The notes under the pieces were generated by a model that saw only the letters and a list, made by a program, of their open reading frames with translations, had not been told where the DNA came from and did not search any database. The position numbers were made by a program, and so were the translations under genes. From an uncultured Bacteroidales bacterium (GTDB lineage: Bacteria; Bacteroidota; Bacteroidia; Bacteroidales; UBA4417), in contig CAIWMA010000182.1 in the NCBI GenBank assembly GCA_903913645.1, positions 1 through 62,686 on the forward strand: a stretch of 62,686 bases of DNA, read 5' to 3'. This document shows positions 5,776 through 15,993 of the stretch, in pieces; within the stretch, counting starts at the first letter, position 1, and each line of letters starts with the position of its first letter.

Positions 5776-8715
5776 TTAAGGAAGAAGGGCTTCATATAAA
5801 ACTTCAATAGGGTGCTTTGCGTTGCGTCCTGTACCATCCTTTATCTGGTGCCTGCAACTGGTGCCTGGAGCTGAAATAATTGTATGCGCAGGCGTTTTAC
5901 GTATTTCAGGCAGCAATACCAGTTCGCCAACTTTCATTGAGACTTCATAGTGTTCAGCTTCATATCCGAAAGAACCTGCCATACCGCAACAGCCTGATTT
6001 TATTTCATCAATTGTATAATTTGCCGGCAATGAAATCATATCCTTTGTCGGGCCGGTGGAAGCAAGCGCTTTCTGATGGCAATGACCGTGTAAGCGAACA
6101 TGCTGTTTCGCATCTGTAAATTGAGATTGACTAATATTGCCCTTCAGCACTTCACGCATAATAAATTCATCAAACATAAGGCAATTCTTGGCTAACTCTA
6201 ACGCTTTGGGTTTGAGTTCTTTTCCGGCAAGATCGGGATATTCATCGCGGAAACTCAATATAGCCGATGGTTCTATTCCAATTAAAGGAGTACGTTCCGT
6301 TATAATAGAATGAAGTTTTGTGATATTTAACTTCGCCAATTCCTGTGCTTTCCTAACAAATCCTTTCGATAAATAAGCTCTTCCACTTTCTACATGATCA
6401 GGAATTTCAACTTTGTAGCCTAACTTGTTAAGTAGTTTAACCGCTTTGATTCCGATTTCTACATCATTCACATCCGTGAATTCATCAGCAAATAAAAATA
6501 CTTTGCCCTTGATTTCAATATTCTGTGCCGGGGAAAGTTTTTTCACCCAGTTTTTTAGGGTTACTTTATAGAGAGTAGGAATAGTGCGTTTTGGTGCAAA
6601 TCCCAACGACTTTTTCATCAAACCTGAAGTGAATTCATTGGTAACAAAAAAGTTAAATATAGATGGAACAATCATTCCGAGCTTGTTAAGTTGCGAAATG
6701 TTTGCAATAAGCTGGGTGCGGAGAGGAACACCGTTTGCATCATGCCAATGCTGAAGAAACTCAGCTTTGTATTTTGCCATATCCACATTACTAGGGCACT
6801 CGCTTTTACAACCTTTGCATGATAAACAAAGATCCATTACCTGGTAAATTTCTTTGTGATCGAACCGGTTTTTCTTCTCAGAATTCGTGAGGAATTCTCG
6901 TAAAACATTAGCCCTGGCACGTGTTGTAGAGTTTTCATCTTTCGTAGCCATATAACTTGGGCACATGGTTCCTCCAATTACAGCACTTTTCCGGCAATCG
7001 GCTGATCCGTTGCACTGTTCAGCAGCACGAAGTATTCCATGTGTATTCGAAAAATCGAAAATGGTATCAGGTTCTATTACAGCTTTGCCGGACTCGTAAC
7101 GCAGGCTGCTGTTCATCAGTGGAGTACGGGTGATTTTTCCCGGATTGAAAATAGCTTCGGGATCCCATGTTTCTTTAATGCTTTCGAGTAGTGCATAGTT
7201 TTTATCGCCTATCATCATAGGGATAAATTCGCCCCTGAGCCGACCGTCACCATGCTCGCCACTCAGGGAACCGCGGTATTTTTTAACCAGTTTTGCTGTT
7301 TCAAGTGCCACAGTATGAAACAATTCAACATCTTTCGGGTCTTTTAAATTCAGAACCGGACGAAGGTGAAGTTCACCAGTCGCAATGTGTGCATAATACA
7401 CACATTCCAGATTTAATCCTTTGAGCATTTGCCTGAAGTCATTCATGTAATCAGGTAACACTAATGGATTTACAGCAGTATCTTCGATTACAGCAACCGG
7501 TTTAGCATCACCGGGCAGGTTGGATAAAACACCTAATCCTGCTTTGCGCAATGCCCATACTTTGTTGACGTCCTGGTTATAAACAAGAGGGAAATGATAT
7601 CCATAACCAGCTTCTTTCAGGTCTTTTATTACAGCTGCTGCTTTAACTTCAATTATTTCTTTAGATTCTTCAGCCAGTTCAATTAGCAACATCGCTGCCG
7701 GATCTCCCTGTATGAAAAAACGATTTTTGCGCTGTGAAATATTAGCTTTTGTTTGCTCAAGTATCACATTGTCCATCAGCTCAATAGCCACCGGATTGTG
7801 CTTCAAAGCAATGATATTTGCTTTAAATGTCTCATCCAGTGAATTACAGTGAACGCAGATTAGCGCTTTCTCTTTCGGGGGAAGCGGATCAATGTTCAGT
7901 TTTATTTCTGTGATGAAACACAAAGTACCTTCGGAGCCTGCAATTAACTTACAGAAATTGAACTCTTCATCTGATTTGGTAAAAGGCTCGCTTTCAAGCA
8001 ATAAATCGATGGCATAGCCTGTATTTCTGCGATGAACAGACTTATCGGGAAACTGCGCCCTGATTTCATCCTGGTTTTCTTTATTACCAAGGATGCTGCG
8101 AATGTTTCTGTAAATCTGTCCTTCAAGAGATTCTAAAGCGCATTTCTGTTCAAATTGAGATTTGGTTAGTCTGCCGAAAACCACTTCCGAGCCATCGCTT
8201 AACAAAGCATTTACTTCAAGTGTATGATCACGTGTGCTGCCGTAAATCAATGAATGTGAGCCACATGAATTATTTCCAACCATTCCGCCCATCATACAAC
8301 GGTTGGAGGTTGAAGTTTCAGGACCAAAAAACAATCCTGTATACTCAAGGATTTTATTAAGTTCATCAAGAACAACTCCCGGTTGAACGCGAACCCAATG
8401 CTCATCTTTATTGATTTCGAGCACCTGGTTAAAATGTTTTGAAATATCGGCTACAATTCCGCCACCAACTACCTGGCCAGCCAGAGAAGTGCCTGCAGCA
8501 CGTGGAATAAGTGATGTTTTCAGGCTGCGGGCAAAGGCAATCAGCTTCTTCAGATCGTCGATATCAGCCGGACGAACAACCAGTTGTGGCATCTGACGGT
8601 ACGCAGAAGCATCGGTAGCATAAATCAGGCGGGTGTATTCATCAGCATACACTTCACCTTTTAATGATGCTTTAAGTTCACTAAGTTTATTATGGGGAAT
8701 TATTGTTTTATCCAT
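5776..8715 (-). CDS. FAD-linked oxidase fused to an Fe-S/CCG oxidoreductase domain (GlcD-GlcF-like fusion)
   Basis: About 980 aa. FAD-binding PCMH-type N-terminus (PRAAGTSLAGQ). Ferredoxin-like CLSCKGCKSECP and Cys-rich C-terminus (GCCGMAGSFGYE). I prefer the MDKT start at 8715, which avoids overlap with the upstream gene. Confidence 0.85.
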   Translation of the reverse strand: MDKTIIPHNKLSELKASLKGEVYADEYTRLIYATDASAYRQMPQLVVRPADIDDLKKLIAFARSLKTSLIPRAAGTSLAGQVVGGGIVADISKHFNQVLEINKDEHWVRVQPGVVLDELNKILEYTGLFFGPETSTSNRCMMGGMVGNNSCGSHSLIYGSTRDHTLEVNALLSDGSEVVFGRLTKSQFEQKCALESLEGQIYRNIRSILGNKENQDEIRAQFPDKSVHRRNTGYAIDLLLESEPFTKSDEEFNFCKLIAGSEGTLCFITEIKLNIDPLPPKEKALICVHCNSLDETFKANIIALKHNPVAIELMDNVILEQTKANISQRKNRFFIQGDPAAMLLIELAEESKEIIEVKAAAVIKDLKEAGYGYHFPLVYNQDVNKVWALRKAGLGVLSNLPGDAKPVAVIEDTAVNPLVLPDYMNDFRQMLKGLNLECVYYAHIATGELHLRPVLNLKDPKDVELFHTVALETAKLVKKYRGSLSGEHGDGRLRGEFIPMMIGDKNYALLESIKETWDPEAIFNPGKITRTPLMNSSLRYESGKAVIEPDTIFDFSNTHGILRAAEQCNGSADCRKSAVIGGTMCPSYMATKDENSTTRARANVLREFLTNSEKKNRFDHKEIYQVMDLCLSCKGCKSECPSNVDMAKYKAEFLQHWHDANGVPLRTQLIANISQLNKLGMIVPSIFNFFVTNEFTSGLMKKSLGFAPKRTIPTLYKVTLKNWVKKLSPAQNIEIKGKVFLFADEFTDVNDVEIGIKAVKLLNKLGYKVEIPDHVESGRAYLSKGFVRKAQELAKLNITKLHSIITERTPLIGIEPSAILSFRDEYPDLAGKELKPKALELAKNCLMFDEFIMREVLKGNISQSQFTDAKQHVRLHGHCHQKALASTGPTKDMISLPANYTIDEIKSGCCGMAGSFGYEAEHYEVSMKVGELVLLPEIRKTPAHTIISAPGTSCRHQIKDGTGRNAKHPIEVLYEALLP

Positions 8716-8716
8716 C

Positions 8717-9112
8717 TTATTCTTCCACAAGTTCTTTCAAAGGTTTAAAATAATAGCGATCCCAGCCATCTACAATATTGTCAAATGCTTCATCCGGAAT
8801 ATTAATGTGCAGCAATTCCACATCTGTTGAGTTTCCTTCATCATGCAACTTGATGGTAACTAATGATTTATGCTCCGAAGGCATTCCCTCTTCTTCTTCA
8901 AAATACCATTCCTGCACTATCTTCTTTCCAGGTTCTATTTCCAGGTTTATTCCTGAAATTTCACCGTCCCATAATGAAAACTCAGTCCCTGCAACCGGCT
9001 CCATTACGGCTTTTGCTCCACTCCATATTTCGATGGTAAGCGGATTGGTCAAAGCCGTATAAATATCTTCAGCCGTAGCTTTAATATGATAATGTTTCTT
9101 AATATTTTTCAT
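8717..9112 (-). CDS. SRPBCC / AHSA1 (Aha1-like START fold) domain protein
   Basis: Internal start MKNIKKHYHIKATAEDIYTALTNP... (ATG at 9112). The 67-aa extension in the track ORF overlaps the neighbouring gene and looks like nonsense. Confidence 0.7.
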   Translation of the reverse strand: MKNIKKHYHIKATAEDIYTALTNPLTIEIWSGAKAVMEPVAGTEFSLWDGEISGINLEIEPGKKIVQEWYFEEEEGMPSEHKSLVTIKLHDEGNSTDVELLHINIPDEAFDNIVDGWDRYYFKPLKELVEE

Positions 9113-9131
9113 ATGGAGTGTGTTTATCTGA

Positions 9132-9827
9132 TTAAAATTGAATGTTGATTCCCGGAAGTAATTGAAAAATAGGCATATTAATATTTTTCGTGTACGTTTC
9201 CTGGCCTTTGATGTAAACAAATACGGGTTCAGCGTAAGAGATATCTGCCTGAAGCAAAACACTGACATGGTCGAAAAGAGTGTACTCAAATGATGCACCT
9301 GCAAGAAAACCAATTGTACGATCGAGCGAACCAGTTTTCCAGAAAGTTGTCTTTATTCCACCAAAATTATCAACGCCATAAAACTGATCGGGGGTTCTGG
9401 CAGTGTACATACCTCCCATAAGTTTAAACGTTGAATAAAACTTTTTTGTCAGATTAACTTTATAATAGACTCCTCCCATATAAGTTTGCACTTTGTAAGG
9501 ACCTGATAGCAAATCCATTTTCAAATACGAAGGTTCGCTTTCGAGGTAATCATCACGATAATAGCCCGAAGCAAATCCAAACGATTTAGAAGAAATATCG
9601 ATTCCAAATCCAAATTTAGGAGAAATAAACCATGCTGCTTCGCCTTTAATGCTTTTCCCTAATAAAGCATATCCTCCGGTAGCAAATTCATGAGAGGCAA
9701 ATTGTCCCATGGGTAATGCATATCCAATCCTGATTCCGGCAAAGGAATTGTACTTCTGAGCCAGAATATTTGTAAAACTTAAACTGCTTACAATGAGTAT
9801 GATAAGTAATTTAAAGACGTATTTCAT
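9132..9827 (-). CDS. Outer-membrane beta-barrel protein
   Basis: Signal peptide. Alternating aromatic/Gly-rich beta-strand pattern. C-terminal ...LLPGINIQF ends in Phe. Confidence 0.7.
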   Translation of the reverse strand: MKYVFKLLIILIVSSLSFTNILAQKYNSFAGIRIGYALPMGQFASHEFATGGYALLGKSIKGEAAWFISPKFGFGIDISSKSFGFASGYYRDDYLESEPSYLKMDLLSGPYKVQTYMGGVYYKVNLTKKFYSTFKLMGGMYTARTPDQFYGVDNFGGIKTTFWKTGSLDRTIGFLAGASFEYTLFDHVSVLLQADISYAEPVFVYIKGQETYTKNINMPIFQLLPGINIQF

Positions 9828-9972
9828 TCGTAAATCTAATTTGCTTCAAAAGTACGAAATTGTTGGCATTTTTAAGGAACCTATAATCGGGATTGGAAGC
9901 ATCATTGAAACATCAACTTTTTAGTCCAGATTCAAGGAACAATCAGCTGTTTTTCATTGCGTTGCGTGAAAA

Positions 9973-10010
9973 TAAAAAAGGCAGATCCTCTTTTAACGAT
10001 ATCTCTGCCT
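9973..10010 (-). terminator. Intrinsic terminator after the DUF1338 gene
   Basis: AGGCAGA 9979-9985 / TCTGCCT 10004-10010. The A-run 9974-9979 gives a T-run on the - strand. Confidence 0.55.
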
Positions 10011-10035
10011 TTCTATAATTAGACACTAGTAATTT

Positions 10036-10842
10036 CTATTTCTTATAAAAATCAGTGCTTTCAAAAATTTTATCTGCAGATTTGGCAATAAAACCTGAAT
10101 ATAAATTTCCATCGCTATCCGGGTACCGGATTGCAAACTCGTAATAACAGGAAGGAACCTCATAAGTGCCTTCGACGAAATCAACAGGAAAAAATCCGGC
10201 TTTGGTGCTCGATTGCTCAAGTAATTCGTCGGGTGTTCCCTTTATTTCTCCACCTGAACTATTGAGCATGAATCCTTGTTCTTTTACAAACTGATTGACT
10301 TTCTGAATGGTATTGTATTTCTTTAGCGAATTGATGCTAACCGTAAAGTGATTGGTGACAAATCCATAAACGTAAAGCCATGCGGCATATTCCGATTCTT
10401 CGCGTAGCATTTCGTAAGTTTCGTAGGATGGCGGGCCCCATACATTCCCGGAAAACACCAGTTCGTTGCCAAATACAAGTTCATCCGGCACTTGTGAGGC
10501 ACATTGTTTTACGACATGTTGAAGCTGCGGACTGAAATGTTCTATCATCAGTTGGCTGATGAATACTCTTGGAGCATTCGGCAGTGTTTTGTGCTCGTAA
10601 TGCTTGGCAGTGAGGTGTTTATCTTCAAAAATGTAATAACCTTTTTGAATGTAACCTGCTTCATGGAATGGCCTGGCAAGTACATCAACATTTATCCTTG
10701 TATCGAAGAACGTGCGAAATGCAATATGATCGTTCTCTACTTTTTCGCCCTCAGCTGTAAAACTATCGTAAACTTTTTTTGCTTCAGGATTCTGGGTAAT
10801 ATAATCAGTCCAAAGCCTGTCAAAAATTTCCTGTGGTTGCAT
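10036..10842 (-). CDS. DUF1338 / HglS-like VOC-fold 2-oxoadipate dioxygenase/decarboxylase family protein
   Basis: 268 aa with the DHIAFRTF metal-site motif and the overall pattern of DUF1338. Confidence 0.7.
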   Translation of the reverse strand: MQPQEIFDRLWTDYITQNPEAKKVYDSFTAEGEKVENDHIAFRTFFDTRINVDVLARPFHEAGYIQKGYYIFEDKHLTAKHYEHKTLPNAPRVFISQLMIEHFSPQLQHVVKQCASQVPDELVFGNELVFSGNVWGPPSYETYEMLREESEYAAWLYVYGFVTNHFTVSINSLKKYNTIQKVNQFVKEQGFMLNSSGGEIKGTPDELLEQSSTKAGFFPVDFVEGTYEVPSCYYEFAIRYPDSDGNLYSGFIAKSADKIFESTDFYKK

Positions 10843-10893
10843 AACTGAATTTTTAAGTGTTTTCTGTATTCTTAATGTTGAAATTATAACGAA

Positions 10894-11871
10894 TCATTGA
10901 AAAAATCTCTCACAGAAATTAACAATATTAACTCCTGCAAGTTCAAGGCTGTTGCGGTTATTTTCAACAAATCTATCAATTTCTACTTCTTTATGCAACA
11001 GTCCTGTCATGCTTTTCAATAAATTACTGAGTTCATTATTATTAAATTCTCCAGTTAAGTCAATATTGATAAATTTCCCGTTTTCGGTTTTTATCGAAAG
11101 GGACAAAATTCCTGAATGTGTGGGCACATTTACTATAAAAGTATATGATGGTGAATATCCAAAATTCCATCCCCAGGTTTTATACTTAGTTTCAGATAGC
11201 TGAAAAATAGCATCTGTTTCATCAGGATGCAGATTATATGCATTACTTCCCGGATAAAAATCCAGCAGCCAAACAACCATTTTTTTTGCAAATTGAATGG
11301 TATCAATGTTTTCGGATAGGAGTGGAGCTATGTTTCCAACATCACTCCGTACAGATGCCATTGCTTTTCCGGTGTATTTTTTTTCAGGTGTTAAACAATT
11401 TTGTAGCTTTTCCAGGTCAGTATTAAAAAGGATGGTTCCATGATGAAGCACTCTGTCATGAAAAATATGCTCTGCATGCCCTGAAAATTTCAGATTACCT
11501 GTGAACAGACTGTTGCGTTTATTTATATTTACTTCAATACCAAGACTTTGCATGAAATTTGCAATTATTGATGTAAACCGCTTAAAATCAACCTGGTTGT
11601 ATTTGTCCGTTTTTTGAATGAAAGTAAAATTCACGTTTCCTGTATCATGGTAAACGGCTCCGCCACCACTGATACGTCTGATAACCGGTATTTGGTTAGC
11701 ACGAACATAATGGTAGTTTATTTCTGCAAAAGCATTCTGATGTTTGCCGATGATTACCGATTGCTCATTAATCCAAATCATGCACATGTCTTCAGTTGCA
11801 TGCTTTACAAAATATTCTTCGGCAGCAATGTTCATGTACGGATCAGTAAACAGCCTGTGAAATATCAGCAT
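10894..11871 (-). CDS. Lipoate-protein ligase A
   Basis: RRISGGGAVYHDTGN motif and LplA-like C-terminal domain. I prefer the start MLIFHRLFTDPYMNIAAEE (ATG at 11871). Confidence 0.85.
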   Translation of the reverse strand: MLIFHRLFTDPYMNIAAEEYFVKHATEDMCMIWINEQSVIIGKHQNAFAEINYHYVRANQIPVIRRISGGGAVYHDTGNVNFTFIQKTDKYNQVDFKRFTSIIANFMQSLGIEVNINKRNSLFTGNLKFSGHAEHIFHDRVLHHGTILFNTDLEKLQNCLTPEKKYTGKAMASVRSDVGNIAPLLSENIDTIQFAKKMVVWLLDFYPGSNAYNLHPDETDAIFQLSETKYKTWGWNFGYSPSYTFIVNVPTHSGILSLSIKTENGKFINIDLTGEFNNNELSNLLKSMTGLLHKEVEIDRFVENNRNSLELAGVNIVNFCERFFQ

Positions 11872-12002
11872 GATTAAGTGTTGGTTATTTGTGATCTCAC
11901 TAAAAAAAACAGGTGGTTTTGTATCCTGCAAATATAACAGATGTGAAAAGATTTATCTTTACAATGTTAAAACAATCGTAGAACAGGTTCTAATTTGTGA
12001 CT

Positions 12003-12458
12003 ATGCCGCTGAATATCAAATTAAAAGAGAAGTTACTTGCCAGGTGCATCGAGATGAAAGAAGAATCAGAAACAAACACCCTTGCTGCCATGAATGACGC
12101 TCAGCAGAGTGCTAATGAGTACGGAGCTCCAAGGGATAGGTATGATTCGTTCCGTGCACAGATGATGCGAAAACGAGATATGCTGGCTCAGCAGCTTTCG
12201 GCAGTTGAAGAAGAATTGAGTTATTTACGGCAAATAAAACCCGGAACCATATCTGCAAAAGTTGAAGCCGGAGCTTTGGTTGAGCTGAATACGCAAACGC
12301 TCTATATTATAGCCGGAATTGGTAAGCTCGTAATTGATGACAAGACTTTTTATGTAGTCTCTCCTGTAGTTCCTTTGGTTGCAGCTATGAAAGATCTAAA
12401 GAAAGGAGATTCTTTCACCTTTCGTGGCACAACAAGGAAGATAATTGAAATTTGCTAG
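12003..12458 (+). CDS. Hypothetical protein with GreA/GreB C-terminal-like domain
   Basis: Coiled-coil N-terminus. C-terminus ...KGDSFTFRGTTRKIIEI resembles the Gre-factor FKBP-like domain. ATG at 12003 (GTG at 11997 is possible). Confidence 0.45.
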   Translation: MPLNIKLKEKLLARCIEMKEESETNTLAAMNDAQQSANEYGAPRDRYDSFRAQMMRKRDMLAQQLSAVEEELSYLRQIKPGTISAKVEAGALVELNTQTLYIIAGIGKLVIDDKTFYVVSPVVPLVAAMKDLKKGDSFTFRGTTRKIIEIC

Positions 12459-12529
12459 AGTGTAAAATGAGTTAATGGTTTATAGAAAAATGTTAATCGG
12501 TTATTAAAGAGGTGTTTGCAAACATTGAT

Positions 12530-12604
12530 AAGGAGTAAGGAGTAAGTGGACAGTTACCAGATACCAGTTACTAATTACCAGTCACCAGTTACCAGTCACC
12601 AATC
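12530..12604. repeat. Adjacent heptad arrays (GGAGTAA x2, then CAGTTAC-like x7)
   Basis: aaGGAGTAAGGAGTAAgtgga, then CAGTTAC CAGATAC CAGTTAC TAATTAC CAGTCAC CAGTTAC CAGTCAC. It ends at the stop codon of the NrtR-like gene (12604-12606). Confidence 0.85.
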
Positions 12605-13338
12605 TACACTGAAAAATCAAAATTGTCTCTTTTTGTTTTTGTATATACTTCACGGCTGAAAATATATAGACGGGCAGGCTTATGTGCAACTCCAACCTGT
12701 TTTTCATTTAGTGGTATGAGGTATTTCATACTCAGGATCTTCTTTCGGAAATTCCGTTTATCGAAGGTTGTACCAAGAATTACCTCATAGAGTTTCTGCA
12801 TTTGCGATAAAGTAAATTTCTCGGGTAAGAGCTCAAAACCTATCGGTTTATTTAATAATTCACTTCTGAGATGTTCGAGAGCACATTTCAAAATATCCAT
12901 GTGGTCCATCACAAGTTCATGGATTTCATGAACCGGATACCAGCGGGCATTATCACTTAAAATTAATTCGGGATGGCGCTGTTCCGAGATATTTATCAGA
13001 GAATAATATGCAATTGTAACTACTTGTTCTTCTGGATGATCAATCTGTCGGAGCCATTCCATGTCGCGGGGCTGTCTTTTTAACCTGTCGGGTGATCCGA
13101 ATGATTTGAACTGGATAAGGTAAATATTGTCCAACCCGGTATTTTCTTTCAGAATTCGCGCTGCAGACGCATCCAGATCTTCATCCAGGCTCATTAAATC
13201 ACCAGGGAATTTAAGGTCTGCATACTCAGTTCCGTCAATAGTCATATTTCTTTCGATCAACAGCACATTCAGATTTATAAAATCAAACCCAAAAACCACG
13301 CAATCGACTGAAACATTTGGAATTAGCCCTTCCTGCAT
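12604..13338 (-). CDS. NrtR-like regulator (Nudix domain plus C-terminal winged helix)
   Basis: 244 aa. Degenerate Nudix N-terminus. C-terminus FTLSQMQKLYEVILGTTFDKRNFRKKIL is typical of NrtR. Confidence 0.75.
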   Translation of the reverse strand: MQEGLIPNVSVDCVVFGFDFINLNVLLIERNMTIDGTEYADLKFPGDLMSLDEDLDASAARILKENTGLDNIYLIQFKSFGSPDRLKRQPRDMEWLRQIDHPEEQVVTIAYYSLINISEQRHPELILSDNARWYPVHEIHELVMDHMDILKCALEHLRSELLNKPIGFELLPEKFTLSQMQKLYEVILGTTFDKRNFRKKILSMKYLIPLNEKQVGVAHKPARLYIFSREVYTKTKRDNFDFSV

Positions 13339-13652
13339 ATATAATATTTAAATTGTAAAAACATTTTTAAGTAATGATTTTAAAAGCTGCTATAAAATTA
13401 AGAGAATTTTGCTATTAAATACATTTCTGACAATAAAGAATAATAGATTTCTGTTGAGGGTCCTTATCAGGCTTGCATTCTCAATAATTATGCGAGTTAA
13501 GTATTTGAAAATTTGTGGTGTTATCACCAATTTACAACAAGTCTTTTTTTGCAAAGCAAACAAATCTTTTCAATTTGCCCGGTTGTGCCAATTTCAATTA
13601 AATAGGGGAGCAGAGCGTGTTTCAGGTTTTATTTTCTTCTGAAAGGAAAAAA

Positions 13653-13683
13653 CAAAAAAAGGCTGCCCTTGGAAGAACAACCT
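13653..13683 (-). terminator. Putative terminator after rplS
   Basis: On the - strand: AGGUUG-12 nt-CAGCCU (one G-U) followed by a T-run (plus-strand A-run 13654-13660). Confidence 0.45.
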
Positions 13684-13710
13684 GTTTTTAAATATCTTAC
13701 TCAAAAAAGC

Positions 13711-14067
13711 TTATTTGCGTTTTTCTTTGATACGTGCTTTTTTACCTTTAAGGTCACGAAGGTAGAAAATCCTGGCGCGGCGAACAGCACCACGTTTGTT
13801 GATTTCAATTTTATCAATAAATGGTGAACAAACAGGTATGATTCTTTCTACACCAATTGTTCCCGAAACTTTACGTATTGTGAATGTTTCAGTAGCTCCT
13901 TCGCCTGAACGCTGCAGAACAACACCCTGAAATAACTGGATACGTTCTTTTTCACCTTCTTTGATTTTATAGTGAACTGTAATGGTATCACCAGCTTTAA
14001 ATACCGGTAATTCATTCCTTAACACTAAAGTATCTTCAACGTACTGAATTAACTCCTTCTTACTCAT
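13711..14067 (-). CDS. rplS: 50S ribosomal protein L19
   Basis: 118 aa: ...[31 protein letters not shown]...RRARIFYLR. Confidence 0.95.
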   Translation of the reverse strand: MSKKELIQYVEDTLVLRNELPVFKAGDTITVHYKIKEGEKERIQLFQGVVLQRSGEGATETFTIRKVSGTIGVERIIPVCSPFIDKIEINKRGAVRRARIFYLRDLKGKKARIKEKRK

Positions 14068-14353
14068 TAGTTTATGTATTAGATGTGCGTTTTTCTCAAA
14101 AATGAGTGCAAATTTACGCTAAAAAATTGATACAAAACAAGTTTGTTCCGGTTTTTTTAACAATCCTTTGTTCATAACCCTCAATTGCAACTCAGGGTGC
14201 AAAAGTATGAAATATTTTTCTAATTGCCTAACCTTAATCAGGTGTCTGAATGTGATTGTATGTATTTGTTTATTAGCTTTTTATGATCAAAATAGATAAT
14301 AATAGCTCATTTTATTGAAATACTTTGCATGCAGGGATAAGCAATGTTGTCTA

Positions 14354-14387
14354 CAAAAAAATCCCCATGGCTGAAGACCAAGGGGAT
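14354..14387 (-). terminator. Intrinsic terminator after the repeat-protein gene
   Basis: ATCCCC 14361-14366 / GGGGAT 14382-14387. The plus-strand A-run 14354-14361 gives a T-run on the - strand. Confidence 0.6.
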
Positions 14388-14426
14388 AAATCTTAATTAT
14401 GAATCCGATGTTATAACCAGGAAAGC

Positions 14427-14987
14427 TTATTCAGCTTTTCCTTTTTTTACTTCTTCAGGCTGAATTTTAACTTCCTCAACAATTTCTGCGGCTTTAATTT
14501 CAACAACTTCTTCTGCTACTGGTTCAACTTTTCCGGTGGCCTTTTCAACATCAGGTAGAGCTACAGGTTCCTTGGATTCATTTCCGGCGGTTCTTATTTT
14601 CTCTTCAAGTTTATCAACCAGACCGGCAGCTTTATCATCCAGTTTTTCAATCGTTGCTTCTGCTTTGTCTTTCAACTTTTCTCCATATTCAATAACCTTT
14701 TCAGTTGCTTCATTAGCAGCAACTTTTACATCATCAACAACTACATCGATTTTTTCAACAACATCTTTGGCATATTCCTTAGCAGTTTCTATACCCTGTG
14801 CTGCTTTTTCTTTCAATTCTGTGGCTTTCGCGACCGTAACTTCTTTAATCTCAGCAGCTTTTTCAGCTGTTGTACCCTTTATCTCAGCAGCTTTAGCTAC
14901 AGTTGCATCTTTCAATTCTGCGGCTTTGGCAGAAGTAACTTCTTTCGATGTTCCAAAAAGTTTTTTTAGTGAGTCTAATAATCCCAT
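14427..14987 (-). CDS. Hypothetical K/E/A-rich protein with 11-residue repeats
   Basis: 186 aa. N-terminus MGLLDSLKKLFG. Repeats SAKAAELKDAT / VAKAAEIKGTT / AEKAAEIKEVT / VAKATELKEKA. Acidic C-terminus. Confidence 0.6.
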   Translation of the reverse strand: MGLLDSLKKLFGTSKEVTSAKAAELKDATVAKAAEIKGTTAEKAAEIKEVTVAKATELKEKAAQGIETAKEYAKDVVEKIDVVVDDVKVAANEATEKVIEYGEKLKDKAEATIEKLDDKAAGLVDKLEEKIRTAGNESKEPVALPDVEKATGKVEPVAEEVVEIKAAEIVEEVKIQPEEVKKGKAE

Positions 14988-15089
14988 AATATTGTTATTT
15001 AGTGGTTTGTATTGGCAAAATTACAAATTTATTGCAAATAGATCAATAGGTTTTATTGAATTTTATTCGGCGATTTATGGCTTTGCAAA

Positions 15090-15761
15090 TCAAATCATAC
15101 CCGGCCTTCGTGATTTGGTACGCTCAACAGCCTTTTCGTATTGCCATTTTTTAATTTCTTTTTCATTTCCCGAAGTCAATACTTCAGGAACTATCCAATT
15201 ATTATAATCCGAAGGCCGTGTATAAACAGGCGGTGATAATAAATTATCCTGGAATGAATCGGACAAAGCCGATGTTTCGTCACTCAATACGCCAGGTAAT
15301 AAACGGATAACAGCATCGGTAACTACCGCAGCGGCTAATTCGCCTCCTGTCAGTACATAATTGCCAATGGATATCTCGCTGGTGAAATAATGTTCACGAA
15401 GCCTTTCGTCAATTCCTTTATAATGACCACACATTATAATAATATTTGTGCTCATCGATAATTTATTGGCCAGCGGCTGATCGAAGAGTGTCCCATCCGG
15501 TGTCATGAAAATGATCTCATCATAATTCCTTTCCGATTTTAATTTGTCGATGCAACTGGCAATCGGCTGTATCATCATCACCATTCCTGCACCGCCGCCA
15601 AAAGGATAGTCGTCAACTTTACGATGTTTGTTGTCAGAATAATCCCGTAGGTTATGGATGTGAATCTCAGCAAGGCCTTTTGACTGAGCGCGTTTAATCA
15701 TCGAGTGGTTAAACGCCCCATCAAACATTTCAGGAAAAATAGTTATGACATCAATACGCAT
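15090..15761 (-). CDS. trmD: tRNA (guanine37-N1)-methyltransferase
   Basis: [13 protein letters not shown]..., [34 protein letters not shown]. Confidence 0.95.
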   Translation of the reverse strand: MRIDVITIFPEMFDGAFNHSMIKRAQSKGLAEIHIHNLRDYSDNKHRKVDDYPFGGGAGMVMMIQPIASCIDKLKSERNYDEIIFMTPDGTLFDQPLANKLSMSTNIIIMCGHYKGIDERLREHYFTSEISIGNYVLTGGELAAAVVTDAVIRLLPGVLSDETSALSDSFQDNLLSPPVYTRPSDYNNWIVPEVLTSGNEKEIKKWQYEKAVERTKSRRPGMI

Positions 15762-15993
15762 AGCAAACCAGTTGATTAATACTGCAAAATTACATTTTTA
15801 AAATGAGCTTAACATTACTTCCCATTTACATTTGATCATTACCCCAATACCGACATAAGTAAATTCATAAAACTCTCTTTTTTGAATTCATCCGGATACA
15901 ATTTCAGGTTGATATGCATAGCATCATTTAATTCCACGGCATAAACTAAAATACCTCGTTGATTGTTATCTTTGCATTAAAATTAAGGCTTAC

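Noticed and set aside
8717-9313. The full 198-aa version of the SRPBCC ORF
   Set aside because: The first 67 residues are hydrophobic and basic nonsense and overlap the 3' end of the outer-membrane protein gene. The domain begins cleanly at MKNIKK (ATG at 9112).
14536-15207. 223-aa + strand ORF opposite the repeat-protein gene and the trmD 3' end
   Set aside because: It is a mirror ORF of a K/E/A-rich GAA/AAA/GCT-repeat gene. The S/A/F/T-rich translation has low complexity, and it overlaps two better-supported genes.
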